From: Thermodesulfobacteriota bacterium
GTDB taxonomy: Bacteria; Desulfobacterota; Desulfarculia; JACQYL01
NCBI GenBank assembly: GCA_963675595.2
Contig: CAXXLZ010000001.1
Span: forward strand, 1,312,001 to 1,376,000
Reading direction: 5' to 3'
Length of the DNA stretch: 64,000 nucleotides
Shown here: positions 27,430-35,693 of the stretch, one piece after another
How the letters are laid out: each line of letters opens with the position of its first letter
How positions within the stretch are numbered: the first letter of the stretch is position 1
Notes under the pieces: generated by a model
Told to the model about the DNA's origin: nothing
The model's input: only the letters and a program-made list of their open reading frames with translations
Databases searched by the model: none
Made by a program: the position numbers and the translations under genes

Positions 27430-29565
27430 ATGACTGAAACCTGCCAAGGAGTCCTACAGGACGTCCGAATCTACAACGCCGCTTCCGGTTGGGGATTCGC
27501 TCGGCTCGTCGGCCAAGAATACAAGGTGGTTGGATGCTTCCCGGCCCTTGAGCCCGGCGACTACTGCGAATTCACCGGGGAATGGACCGAGCATCCGAAG
27601 TACGGGAAACAGTTCAAGGCGTCGTCGGTGTCCATCTCGGTCCCAAAGGATTCCATGGGCTTGCGGAAGTACCTGCAGCAGCGCTTGCCGTGGATCGGTC
27701 CCGTCGCGGCCGGAAGATTGGTCGATGATTACGGGGACCGACTCTTCGACGTCATCCAAAACAACCCCATGGAGTTGATATCCGTAAAGGGTATTACCGA
27801 AGAAAGGGCGTTGAAGATCCACGAGGCATTCCTGTCCGGCCAAAAAGACAAGGACCTGGATATCTTTTTTGCTACCCATAATTTGACCACGGGAATGGTT
27901 GCCCGGCTGGTGGAACGATACGGGGACAAGTCCAAAGCCGCGTCTACCATCAAGGCCGATCCGTATTTGCTGGCTGATGATGTTTATGGCGTCGGCTTCA
28001 AAAAGGCTGACGCCATAGCGTTGTCGGTCGGCATTCCGAAACGCTCCCCGCGGAGAATCAAGGCGGGGATACTATGGTTGCTGAAGGACGCATCCGAGAG
28101 AGCGGGCCATTGTTTTTTGCCCGCATCCGAGATGGGAAGCCTTGGATACAAGCTCCTGGAAGTCTCTCGTGGCGACCTGGGGGACCCCGTTCGTGAGTTG
28201 GCGGACGAGGACGGCGTTATTGTCGAAGGGGACAGGATTGCCCTGTCGGAACTGTATCATGCCGAGGAGGAGATTGCTTCGGCGTTGTTGCGTTTGGCGT
28301 CGGCGCCACATCACGCGGTGATGCGCTCCCTGTCTCAGGACACCTTGGATTCCCTGGATGACGATCAACGACGGGCTCTTACTCTGGCTCTCGAAAGCAA
28401 GGTAAGCGTCATCACGGGAGGACCCGGAACCGGCAAGACGTACACCATTCAAAGAATTCTGGAAGCCCTAGGAGATCGAAAGATTGCTTTGGCCGCGCCC
28501 ACGGGCAAAGCGGCGAAGAGGATGGAGGAGATGACGTCCAGGCCGGCGCAGACCATTCACCGGTTGTTGGAGTTTGTTCCCGCTCCGGCACCCGGGTTTC
28601 GTCGAAACCGGCAGAACCCATTGGATTTCGATTGCGTCATTATCGACGAGACATCCATGGTGGATGTCTCGTTGATGAAGGCATTTTTACGGGCCGTGGA
28701 TCCCGATATGACGCAGTTGATTTTTGTCGGAGACGTGGATCAGCTCCCGAGCGTAGGCCCCGGCATGGCGCTTCGGGACATGATCGACTCTGAGAAGATA
28801 CCCACGGCTCGGCTGACGACATTACACAGACAGTCTGAAAAGTCGTTTATTGCATTGAATGCCCGTGCGGTGAATCGAGGGGAAAAGCTCATTTTGAACG
28901 TAGAAAATAGCGACTTTCACTTCATTCAAGTTGAAGACAAAGACAAGATTCCCGAGAAGATTACTCAAATCGTCAACAGCGTTCCGTCTCAACCCTTCGG
29001 GGTCCCCCTATGGGACATACAGGTTTTATGCCCACAGAGGGTAGGCCCCATCGGCGTAAACGCGCTGAATCCTTTGTTGCGCCCCTTATTCAATCCGGAA
29101 GGCATGGAGCTATCCGGGTTTGGCGGGCTGTATACGGGAGACAGGGTGATTCAGACACGCAACAATTACGACCTTGGAATATTCAACGGCGAAATCGGGG
29201 AGGTTTTACTGCGACAGCCCGAACCGGAAGGAGGACCGGAAGAACTAGACTATGTCGCCGTGCAGTTTCCGCAAGGGATTGTGCCCTATTCGAAGTTGAC
29301 CTGCTCTGAGTTGCAGCCCGCTTATGCGCTGACAATTCACAAGTCTCAGGGATCGGAGTTCCCCTGCGTCATTGTTCCCTTGCACACGACAAATTTCATC
29401 ATGCTCAAGCGGCCGTTGCTGTATACGGCGATTACGCGGGCGAAACAATTGTTGGTTTTGGTTGGGAGCGAGAAAGCCATGAAGGTGGCGATTAAGACGT
29501 TGGACACGTCAAATAGGTATACGCGACTGAAAGAGATGTTATGCCAGGAGGCGGTTAATCGGTAA
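27430..29565 (+). CDS. recD2: RecD2-like SF1B 5'-3' helicase
   Basis: HPKYGKQF, GVGFKKAD, GGPGTGKT, IIDETSM, GDVDQLPSVGPG, AYALTIHKSQGSEF, LLYTAITRAK. Confidence 0.92.
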   Translation: MTETCQGVLQDVRIYNAASGWGFARLVGQEYKVVGCFPALEPGDYCEFTGEWTEHPKYGKQFKASSVSISVPKDSMGLRKYLQQRLPWIGPVAAGRLVDDYGDRLFDVIQNNPMELISVKGITEERALKIHEAFLSGQKDKDLDIFFATHNLTTGMVARLVERYGDKSKAASTIKADPYLLADDVYGVGFKKADAIALSVGIPKRSPRRIKAGILWLLKDASERAGHCFLPASEMGSLGYKLLEVSRGDLGDPVRELADEDGVIVEGDRIALSELYHAEEEIASALLRLASAPHHAVMRSLSQDTLDSLDDDQRRALTLALESKVSVITGGPGTGKTYTIQRILEALGDRKIALAAPTGKAAKRMEEMTSRPAQTIHRLLEFVPAPAPGFRRNRQNPLDFDCVIIDETSMVDVSLMKAFLRAVDPDMTQLIFVGDVDQLPSVGPGMALRDMIDSEKIPTARLTTLHRQSEKSFIALNARAVNRGEKLILNVENSDFHFIQVEDKDKIPEKITQIVNSVPSQPFGVPLWDIQVLCPQRVGPIGVNALNPLLRPLFNPEGMELSGFGGLYTGDRVIQTRNNYDLGIFNGEIGEVLLRQPEPEGGPEELDYVAVQFPQGIVPYSKLTCSELQPAYALTIHKSQGSEFPCVIVPLHTTNFIMLKRPLLYTAITRAKQLLVLVGSEKAMKVAIKTLDTSNRYTRLKEMLCQEAVNR

Positions 29566-29630
29566 CCGCGCCTGCAAACCCGATTACCGATTAACACAAT
29601 ACACGTAACACAACACACGTAACACACACG
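29554..29630 (+). promoter_or_regulatory. Structured leader of the Cas7-like gene (inverted repeat + 14-nt tandem repeat)
   Basis: GTTAATCGGTAA (29554-65)/TTACCGATTAAC (29584-95); TAACACAAYACACG x~3 (29592-29630). Confidence 0.55.
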
Positions 29631-29643
29631 ATCGAAAGGATAC

Positions 29644-30411
29644 ATGAAAATGGGTGAAGCTGCAAAGAAGATTCAAGAAGAGCAAATGAAAGAGACGACG
29701 ACTGCGCCGGCCGAGACGGAAGAAACGGAAGGCAAACGAGGAAGAAAGCCGAAGGCCAAGTCGGAGGCGGGGCCGAAACAGGAAGGCCCGATGTTTCTTC
29801 CCATCGCCGAGCGGACATTCAGGATTACCATGACGGAAACCATGCTTGGGACCATCCCGGCCAACCAGCAGATTTTTTCCGACTACGTCAATTCCAAGGC
29901 CATGACTCCGGAGGAGAGGGAGGAAGAGGCGCTGCTTCAGTCCGGGGAAATCGACGAGGAAACCGGGCTTCCGGCGAACGATCATCATACCGGATTTTTC
30001 CGCGACTCCGCGGGCATCTATCTGATGAACTACCACATCAAGGGCTTCTTGAAGGAGGCCGGGAACATCCTAAAGGAAGCCGCCAAAGTAAAGGCGTTGC
30101 GCTCGAAGATAGATAACAACGTCTTTGTGTTTCCCCGCAAAATCTACCTTGCCAAAACCCACAGCGGCGTCCTGGAACGCCCCCTGCGAGCCCAAACGGC
30201 GCAGGGGCCCCGAGTCGCCCTGGCTCAATCCCTGACCGTGGACGCCGGGATTGCCTTCAATATTACGATTCGACTCCTGGACCACAAAGAGCTGAGTTGG
30301 TCGTTGATCGAATTGCTCCTGGACTACGGGGAGCTGAAAGGTCTTGGGCAGTGGAGAAACGGCGGGTATGGGACGTTTTCCTGGGAAGACATCACCCCCA
30401 AAAAGAAGTAA
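29644..30411 (+). CDS. Stand-alone Cas7/RAMP-superfamily protein
   Basis: RAMP hallmarks: first strand FRITMTETMLG, IYLMNYHIKGFLKEA helix, C-terminal Gly-rich loop LLDYGELKGLGQWRNGGYGTF; RBS GAAAGGA. Confidence 0.8.
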   Translation: MKMGEAAKKIQEEQMKETTTAPAETEETEGKRGRKPKAKSEAGPKQEGPMFLPIAERTFRITMTETMLGTIPANQQIFSDYVNSKAMTPEEREEEALLQSGEIDEETGLPANDHHTGFFRDSAGIYLMNYHIKGFLKEAGNILKEAAKVKALRSKIDNNVFVFPRKIYLAKTHSGVLERPLRAQTAQGPRVALAQSLTVDAGIAFNITIRLLDHKELSWSLIELLLDYGELKGLGQWRNGGYGTFSWEDITPKKK

Positions 30412-30412
30412 C

Positions 30413-32024
30413 GGCAAGGTCGCCCCATTTGCCGCGCCGCCTCGGTTAAGCCAAGCTTCGTACTGCAAGAGCATCGCCCTGTTCCTCGAGGCGAGGTATC
30501 GGCGTGGCAAAGCAATGCAGTGAAATGAGGGCTCAGGCTATGCCTGGTAGTGGGTGGCACGTAAAGGCGGAGCATAGCATGGCATGGTTCTGTAACGGCG
30601 AAGCACGGCGTGGCGCCGCAACGCTCAGGCAAAGTTAGGTGTGGTGTTGCGCCGAGGGCGTTGGCCGGGCGCAGTAGGGCACCGTGAAACTCTGGAAGCA
30701 TAGGTAATCCTGAGTGTCGTTGGAGCAAGGAGGCGCGGAGGCGAAGCCCCGTTGGAGATGGCGGTGCATCGGAACGGCTAAGCCGAGCGATGAAGGGACG
30801 AGACATGCAAGGGCGGAGTGAAGCAGACCGGAGTAACGCCGCGGCATAGCGTGGGTTCAGCAGGGCAACGCTTCGGCACGGCGAAGCAGCGTGATGAAGA
30901 TGAACAAGAAGAGTGTTGCAAGGGAGCAGTAAAGTGTGGAGGAGCAGTGCATCGGCGAGGCGGAGTTGTGCGGGGTTCGTGCACGGAGAGGTAATCCGCT
31001 GAGATGATACGCACGGGCGTGGTCGCGCGCGGAAAAGCAGCGCTTGGGCGGTTCACAGTGTGGAGGCGTTTTGCTTTGGCATAGTCGCTTGAAGAGCCGT
31101 GGTGTATGGCTTTGGCAGGGCGAGGTAAGGCGGGGCAGAGCTTTGGCTTGGAGATGTGCTGCTTTCCTTTGTAACGGCAATTCATGGCGTATATGGGCAC
31201 GTTGAAGCTGCGGTACTGCATTTTACAGCAAGGAGCGTCATGCGCATCAGAGAATGCAAAGGAAAAGCAACGTAATGCAAAGGAAAAGCAACGTTCCGTT
31301 CCTTCCGGCGCAGGCGGGGTACAGCGTCGCGCTTTTTGGCTTAGGCAAAGTGAAGTTCCGCGTGACCCACCAAAGGCAAAGCTCTGTTGAGCTATGTTTC
31401 GGCGATGTTTCGTCCTACAAGGCGCAGGAACGCACAGGCAGGGCGTAGATAGGCATCGGCTTAGCGGGGTACTTACTGCGTCGGCAAGGTTGTGAGAGGC
31501 CGAGTTCGGCGTCGGCAAGGTGCGGCGTTATAACGCTGCGTAGCGCTTTGGCGTAGCGAAGTTTAGCCGAGGCGAAGTTAGGTAAGGCGACGATGCGAAT
31601 TGGCTTGGTACAGCGCTGCACGGACCTGTAATGGTTGTGCCAAGTTCTGAGCAGCCCGGAGATAAACGCAAAGGCACCGCGGCGTCTTCCTGTGCACTAA
31701 GGAGTAAAGGCGTAGCGGGGTACGGATGTGCAACGGCGGAGTAGGAACAAGGCGATGAAGCGTTGTGCGAAGGCACTGCATGGCAAGGTCATGTATACCA
31801 CGGGCGAGGTGTCGTTGGTCAAAGTTCAGCGGCGGCTTAGCTAAGCATAGTGCAGCCGGGGCTATGTAAAGCCGGCTCCGCCAAGGCGTTGCAAAGCTCA
31901 GTTGTGGCAAAGTGCGGTTCAGCGGCGGCAACGCATAGCACGACAAAGTAGCGCGACGGTAGTGCTTAGTTCGGCAAAACAGCGCGACGGCAGTGTCCAA
32001 CATTGCGGTGCTTCGGCGCGGCAA
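30413..32024 (+). ncRNA. Putative guide-RNA array of pentameric NGY-NN units
   Basis: Starts 2 nt after the RAMP stop codon; persistent 5-nt periodicity, e.g. GGCAG GGCGA GGTAA GGCGG GGCAG AGCTT (31114-43); no credible CDS. Repeat structure is seen directly, RNA function is inferred. Confidence 0.7.
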
Positions 32025-32040
32025 ACGAAAGGAAGAAAAA

Positions 32041-32184
32041 ATGACTTACTCGACATTGAAGGAAGCCGGGATTTCGACCCTTCGGGCCTTGGAAAAGAAG
32101 CGGATTACCATCGACGCGCGGCTTTGGTGGTTCATGTTGGGCGGTAGCGTGGTGGGCTTGTTGATGTTGTGGGTAGGGAAATGA
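32041..32184 (+). CDS. Small membrane protein
   Basis: RBS AAAGGAAG; C-terminal TM helix; stop overlaps the MTase ATG. Confidence 0.55.
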   Translation: MTYSTLKEAGISTLRALEKKRITIDARLWWFMLGGSVVGLLMLWVGK

Positions 32185-33317
32185 TCCGAACCGCCCACTT
32201 GTTCGCCGGTGCCGGGGGTGGAATTTACGCCGATTTAATCCTCGGGCACAAGCCCGTGCTGGCCGTCGAAAATAATCCGGAATGCTGCAAGATGCTTGAG
32301 GAGCGAAAACGTGAAGGATGGTGGCCCGAGCTCGACATTCAATGCTGCGACATCCGAGAATTTGACTTCAGCCCCTGGGCCGGACGAGTGGATCAAATCG
32401 CAGCGGGCTTCCCTTGCCAGGATATTTCGTATGCTGGAAGCGGTGATGGAATACGAGGATCACGAAGCGGCCTCGTCTGGGAGGTCTTCCGCGCAATCGA
32501 CGCTATTCGACCTCGATGGGTTTTCCTCGAAAACAGCCCCGCAATACGGACCAAGGGACGGCGGGAAATCATTGCCGCCTTGGTGGAGAAAGGATATTCC
32601 TGGCGAGACGGAACGCTTGCCGCGGCTCATGTCGGAGCGGGCCATCTCCGCAATCGCTGGTGGCTGCTTGCTGCCGACGCTCTGCGCCAGAGATCACAAA
32701 AACAGCGGCGGCATGGTTTTAACGCCAAGAGGGCAGACGCGCCTGCCCACCGCATTAAAACATATGCTGCCCACGATCACGGCAAGCATGGAAACATGGG
32801 CGGACTTTGTTCAGGCGCAATACCACAGCTCGAAGAGGCCGGATTATCAGATAGCGAAGCTACTCCCGACGCTGTTAGCATCAAGCGGGGGAAGAACTCT
32901 TCCGCTAGGCACAACGATAACCGGTATGGCCCCGGATGGCAAAAAGCGGACGGTGGGATTGGACCAAGCCATCAAGATGTTGCCGACGCTGACCGCATCG
33001 GACGCCACGGGAGGATCCGGGACTTCGCCGAACCGGAAAGGCGGCCCGAATCTGCGGACGATGCTGCCGACTCTTTGCGCGACCGACTACAAATTGCCAT
33101 TCAACGAGGAGGGCTATCAGAGAGCGAGTCAAGAACGGTCGAGGCCGTTGCGCGATACACTGCCACATACTACTGGTCACCGCCTGACGCCGGGGTTCTG
33201 CGAGTGGTGGATGGGGTTCCCGCTCGGAGGCACCGCATACAGGCGTTAGGCAACGCCCAGGTGCCTCTACAAGCGGCCATGGCGTGGATATTGTTGATGA
33301 GGGGAGGAATCCATTGA
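32181..33317 (+). CDS. DNA (cytosine-5) methyltransferase, main subunit
   Basis: Motifs I LFAGAGG, IV GFPCQD, VI LENS, VIII HLRNRW, X LGNAQVP. Confidence 0.88.
   Translation: MIRTAHLFAGAGGGIYADLILGHKPVLAVENNPECCKMLEERKREGWWPELDIQCCDIREFDFSPWAGRVDQIAAGFPCQDISYAGSGDGIRGSRSGLVWEVFRAIDAIRPRWVFLENSPAIRTKGRREIIAALVEKGYSWRDGTLAAAHVGAGHLRNRWWLLAADALRQRSQKQRRHGFNAKRADAPAHRIKTYAAHDHGKHGNMGGLCSGAIPQLEEAGLSDSEATPDAVSIKRGKNSSARHNDNRYGPGWQKADGGIGPSHQDVADADRIGRHGRIRDFAEPERRPESADDAADSLRDRLQIAIQRGGLSESESRTVEAVARYTATYYWSPPDAGVLRVVDGVPARRHRIQALGNAQVPLQAAMAWILLMRGGIH
32296..33249 (+). CDS. Nested +1-frame ORF, putative MTase second subunit (motif IX)
   Basis: 317-codon open frame inside the MTase gene with repeated LPTL/LPTI units, ending RLTPGFCEWWMGFP; start codon uncertain. 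Confidence 0.6.
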   Translation: MRSENVKDGGPSSTFNAATSENLTSAPGPDEWIKSQRASLARIFRMLEAVMEYEDHEAASSGRSSAQSTLFDLDGFSSKTAPQYGPRDGGKSLPPWWRKDIPGETERLPRLMSERAISAIAGGCLLPTLCARDHKNSGGMVLTPRGQTRLPTALKHMLPTITASMETWADFVQAQYHSSKRPDYQIAKLLPTLLASSGGRTLPLGTTITGMAPDGKKRTVGLDQAIKMLPTLTASDATGGSGTSPNRKGGPNLRTMLPTLCATDYKLPFNEEGYQRASQERSRPLRDTLPHTTGHRLTPGFCEWWMGFPLGGTAYRR

Positions 33318-33358
33318 TTACCAGAACCGACGGAAGATTAAACAATAAAGGAGGCACC

Positions 33359-33706
33359 ATGAAAATGAACAGGCGCGAGTTTTTGGAGCTACTGGAAGAA
33401 ATCCACTTGGAACTGGTCAACCTGAACACCACAAAAGGCCACGACTACAGCGGCGATGAAAATGTTTTCTCGAACTTCATCCGCGCTGGAGAGCGTCGGG
33501 GCTTGGCCCCGGAAACCGTTCTCGGCGTCTATATGGACAAACATGAGGACGCCATCAACACCTACATCCGAGACGGCCAGGTGAAGTCCGAACCCATCGA
33601 GGGCAGAATCCTGGATTCCATCCTGTATCGGTGTTTGTTGTTGGGTATGGTTCGGGCCCTGCACAATTCGGCCGGCGTTGGCTTATCGGAAAAACCCATG
33701 CCATAG
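33359..33706 (+). CDS. Nucleotide-modification-associated (DUF1599-like) protein
   Basis: KGHDYS..NF...YMDKH...EPIEGRILD pattern; RBS AAGGAGG. Confidence 0.6.
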   Translation: MKMNRREFLELLEEIHLELVNLNTTKGHDYSGDENVFSNFIRAGERRGLAPETVLGVYMDKHEDAINTYIRDGQVKSEPIEGRILDSILYRCLLLGMVRALHNSAGVGLSEKPMP

Positions 33707-33838
33707 GGGTTGGAATCGGTCTTCCTGTTTGGTGGATGCCTCGCTATGAAAGAAAGAAAATGCCACACTCCACAATATGGATGTGTGGATGGTTGCTTGT
33801 AATGATCATGTTCGGGAAACAAAGGAAGGATACATCCG

Positions 33839-34024
33839 ATGCATCCTCAACTTGAAAAGTGGCATTACCGCAAGGCTGAGGCAGGCGGTCCTTCGTGCGC
33901 GACATGCATGAACCGGTGGACGAATAATGGGGGAGAGGTCTGGAGATGTCTACTGATTGATGTTCCGCCGGATCGAGTATCGAACGGTAAAGTTTGCGAT
34001 CAACATAAGCCATGGAGGTTATAA
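33839..34024 (+). CDS. Small Cys-rich hypothetical protein
   Basis: CATC...C...C; RBS GGAAGGA. Confidence 0.45.
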   Translation: MHPQLEKWHYRKAEAGGPSCATCMNRWTNNGGEVWRCLLIDVPPDRVSNGKVCDQHKPWRL

Positions 34025-34206
34025 AAATGAAAGATTCCACCGTATTGGTCTACCTTATCATCGTGCCGTTCTTCGCCGGTATGATTGGAGCGTATGTCTT
34101 CGACATCATAGATAAACTGCTGCTTAAACGGCACGGCGAGAACATGCACGTAGACGCACATTTTTACATGAAAAAGCCGGAACCGCCGAAAGAGGATAAA
34201 CCATGA
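34012..34206 (+). CDS. Small membrane protein
   Basis: One TM helix; likely start at the downstream ATG after GGAGG. Confidence 0.5.
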   Translation: MEVIKMKDSTVLVYLIIVPFFAGMIGAYVFDIIDKLLLKRHGENMHVDAHFYMKKPEPPKEDKP

Positions 34207-34382
34207 GCAACCCCAAAAAGTACGCGCGGAAGAAGGTCGAATAGTTCGAGGCGTTCGAATTCGTCGGGTCAACGAAAGAGGATGCCGTCGCTTTCTGCTA
34301 AGGCATTCCTGGGCGCCACGGAATACATACAGTTCGACTCAGGATTTGGCAGCTTTAATGGAATAACGGGAGCAACAACGAA

Positions 34383-34766
34383 ATGACGGCCCAAACAAAC
34401 GACGAAACTCTCGACTCCCTGGGTAAAAATCTGACCGCCGAACAGGTTGCGGCGCATTTCGGCTTGAAACCGAGATTTGTTCGTGAGCATTATGAGGCAT
34501 TCGGCGGTACGAGGATCTCGAAGCGTGTGCTCATTTTCCCCGAAAAGGAGGTTTATCGTGCCCTATCAATACACCACACCCAAGGGAGAGAAGAAATGGA
34601 AGGGACAGGTCGTCAAGGACGGTCGCCGCGTCGTTCAGACTTTCAAGACGAAGGCGAAGGCCGTGGAATGGGAGGTGCTGACGAAGAAGCTGATGGACGA
34701 CGGAGAAGAGCCGTTTACCGAAAACCGAGAGCGACAAAGGATCCGCACGGGATATTCTCTCGGTGA
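34383..34766 (+). CDS. Putative excisionase (HTH)
   Basis: NLTAEQVAAHFGLKPRFV; immediately upstream of and overlapping the integrase. Confidence 0.6.
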   Translation: MTAQTNDETLDSLGKNLTAEQVAAHFGLKPRFVREHYEAFGGTRISKRVLIFPEKEVYRALSIHHTQGREEMEGTGRQGRSPRRSDFQDEGEGRGMGGADEEADGRRRRAVYRKPRATKDPHGIFSR

Positions 34767-35676
34767 ATGGGCAACGGACTATCTGGACTACTTCCGAGAA
34801 CACGGCCGTGAAGCTACATACAAGGAGAAGCAGGCGGTGTTTCGGCACTTCTTCAAAACGTTCGACAAGGACATGCCTGTTCGGTCGCTGACCAAGAAAG
34901 ACGTGCTTCGCTACATGACGGTGCAACACAAAATCAGGACCGGTAACGCGGTGAACAAGGACGTGAGGAAGAACCTGAAGGCGGCTTTCAATTGGGCGAT
35001 TCGGTATGGAGTAATCGACCCTATGCCAAACCCGTTCGAAGTGGATCGCCTCCCCGAAGAGCGTCACGACCGGTATGTTCCCCCGGAGGCCGACTTCTGG
35101 AAGGTCTACCAGGTGGTTACCGGCCCGGCAGACCGGCTCTTACTGTTGGCCTACATCTACACCGGCGCCCGAAGGACGGAGCTCTTCACCCTTCGGTGGG
35201 TTGATGTGGATTTCGCCGGGAGCCGAATCAGGCTGTGGACCAACAAGCGAAAGGGTGCCCGAGAGTACGACTGGATTGAGATGCGCGAAACCCTGTTTAA
35301 CTCGCTGCTTGCGCACAAACAGGAAAGTCGTTCCGAATGGGTGTTTCCGAATCCGAAGACCGGGCTTCCATACACCGATCGTAAAAAGTGGTTGGCGGAA
35401 AGGTGCGCGGAAGCCAAGGTCCGCCCCTTCGGCTTCCACGCGATCAGGCATCTTACGGCGTCCATTCTGGCGTCGAATGGGGTGCCCGTGATCGCCATTC
35501 AAGAGATTCTTCGGCACCGGAATTCTCGGACGACCGAACGATACCTTCACAACCGGTTCGACATGCGATCCGCGTTGAAAGTCCTTGAGGGCGGAAAACC
35601 CCAGGAAGAACCCTCGAAAAACCCTCCAACCCAAACCGTAGGTACATACCCTCTAAGGGTATTGTCAAAAACTTGA
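34558..35676 (+). CDS. int: Tyrosine integrase
   Basis: TGARRTE (R), FHAIRH (HxxR), LRH, TERY (Y); GTG start after AAAGGAGG; adjacent to tRNA. Confidence 0.92.
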   Translation: MPYQYTTPKGEKKWKGQVVKDGRRVVQTFKTKAKAVEWEVLTKKLMDDGEEPFTENRERQRIRTGYSLGEWATDYLDYFREHGREATYKEKQAVFRHFFKTFDKDMPVRSLTKKDVLRYMTVQHKIRTGNAVNKDVRKNLKAAFNWAIRYGVIDPMPNPFEVDRLPEERHDRYVPPEADFWKVYQVVTGPADRLLLLAYIYTGARRTELFTLRWVDVDFAGSRIRLWTNKRKGAREYDWIEMRETLFNSLLAHKQESRSEWVFPNPKTGLPYTDRKKWLAERCAEAKVRPFGFHAIRHLTASILASNGVPVIAIQEILRHRNSRTTERYLHNRFDMRSALKVLEGGKPQEEPSKNPPTQTVGTYPLRVLSKT

Positions 35677-35693
35677 ACAATTTCAGTCTGTTA

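Larger units (their letters stand above)
1..35693. mobile_element. Prophage (tailed phage), right-hand part; left end lies outside the window
   Basis: Contiguous phage genes (MCP, portal, TerL/TerS, primase-helicase, repressor, xis, tyrosine integrase). The integrase ends 17 bp from the 3' end of tRNA-Asp, and host housekeeping genes follow. Confidence 0.95.

Noticed and set aside
29644-30411. Part of a complete type I/III/IV CRISPR-Cas operon
   Set aside because: No recognisable cas1/2/3/5/6/8/10 or csf1/3 genes nearby; flanks are ordinary phage genes.
30413-32024. Canonical CRISPR array or TIGR-type array
   Set aside because: No recurring identical 23-47 nt repeat or fixed box motifs; conservation is at the 5-nt scale, and the adjacent protein is RAMP-like, not Nop-domain.
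30324-32147. Many overlapping ORFs across the pentamer tract (e.g. 30324-30806, 30778-31518, 31578-32024)
   Set aside because: Mostly antisense, no evident RBS, Cys/Arg/Ala/Pro-rich low-complexity translations as expected from a G-rich 5-nt repeat; mutually overlapping and without motifs.
1-35693. Diversity-generating retroelement or retron
   Set aside because: No reverse-transcriptase motifs (YxDD in RT context) or TR/VR pair seen in the window.
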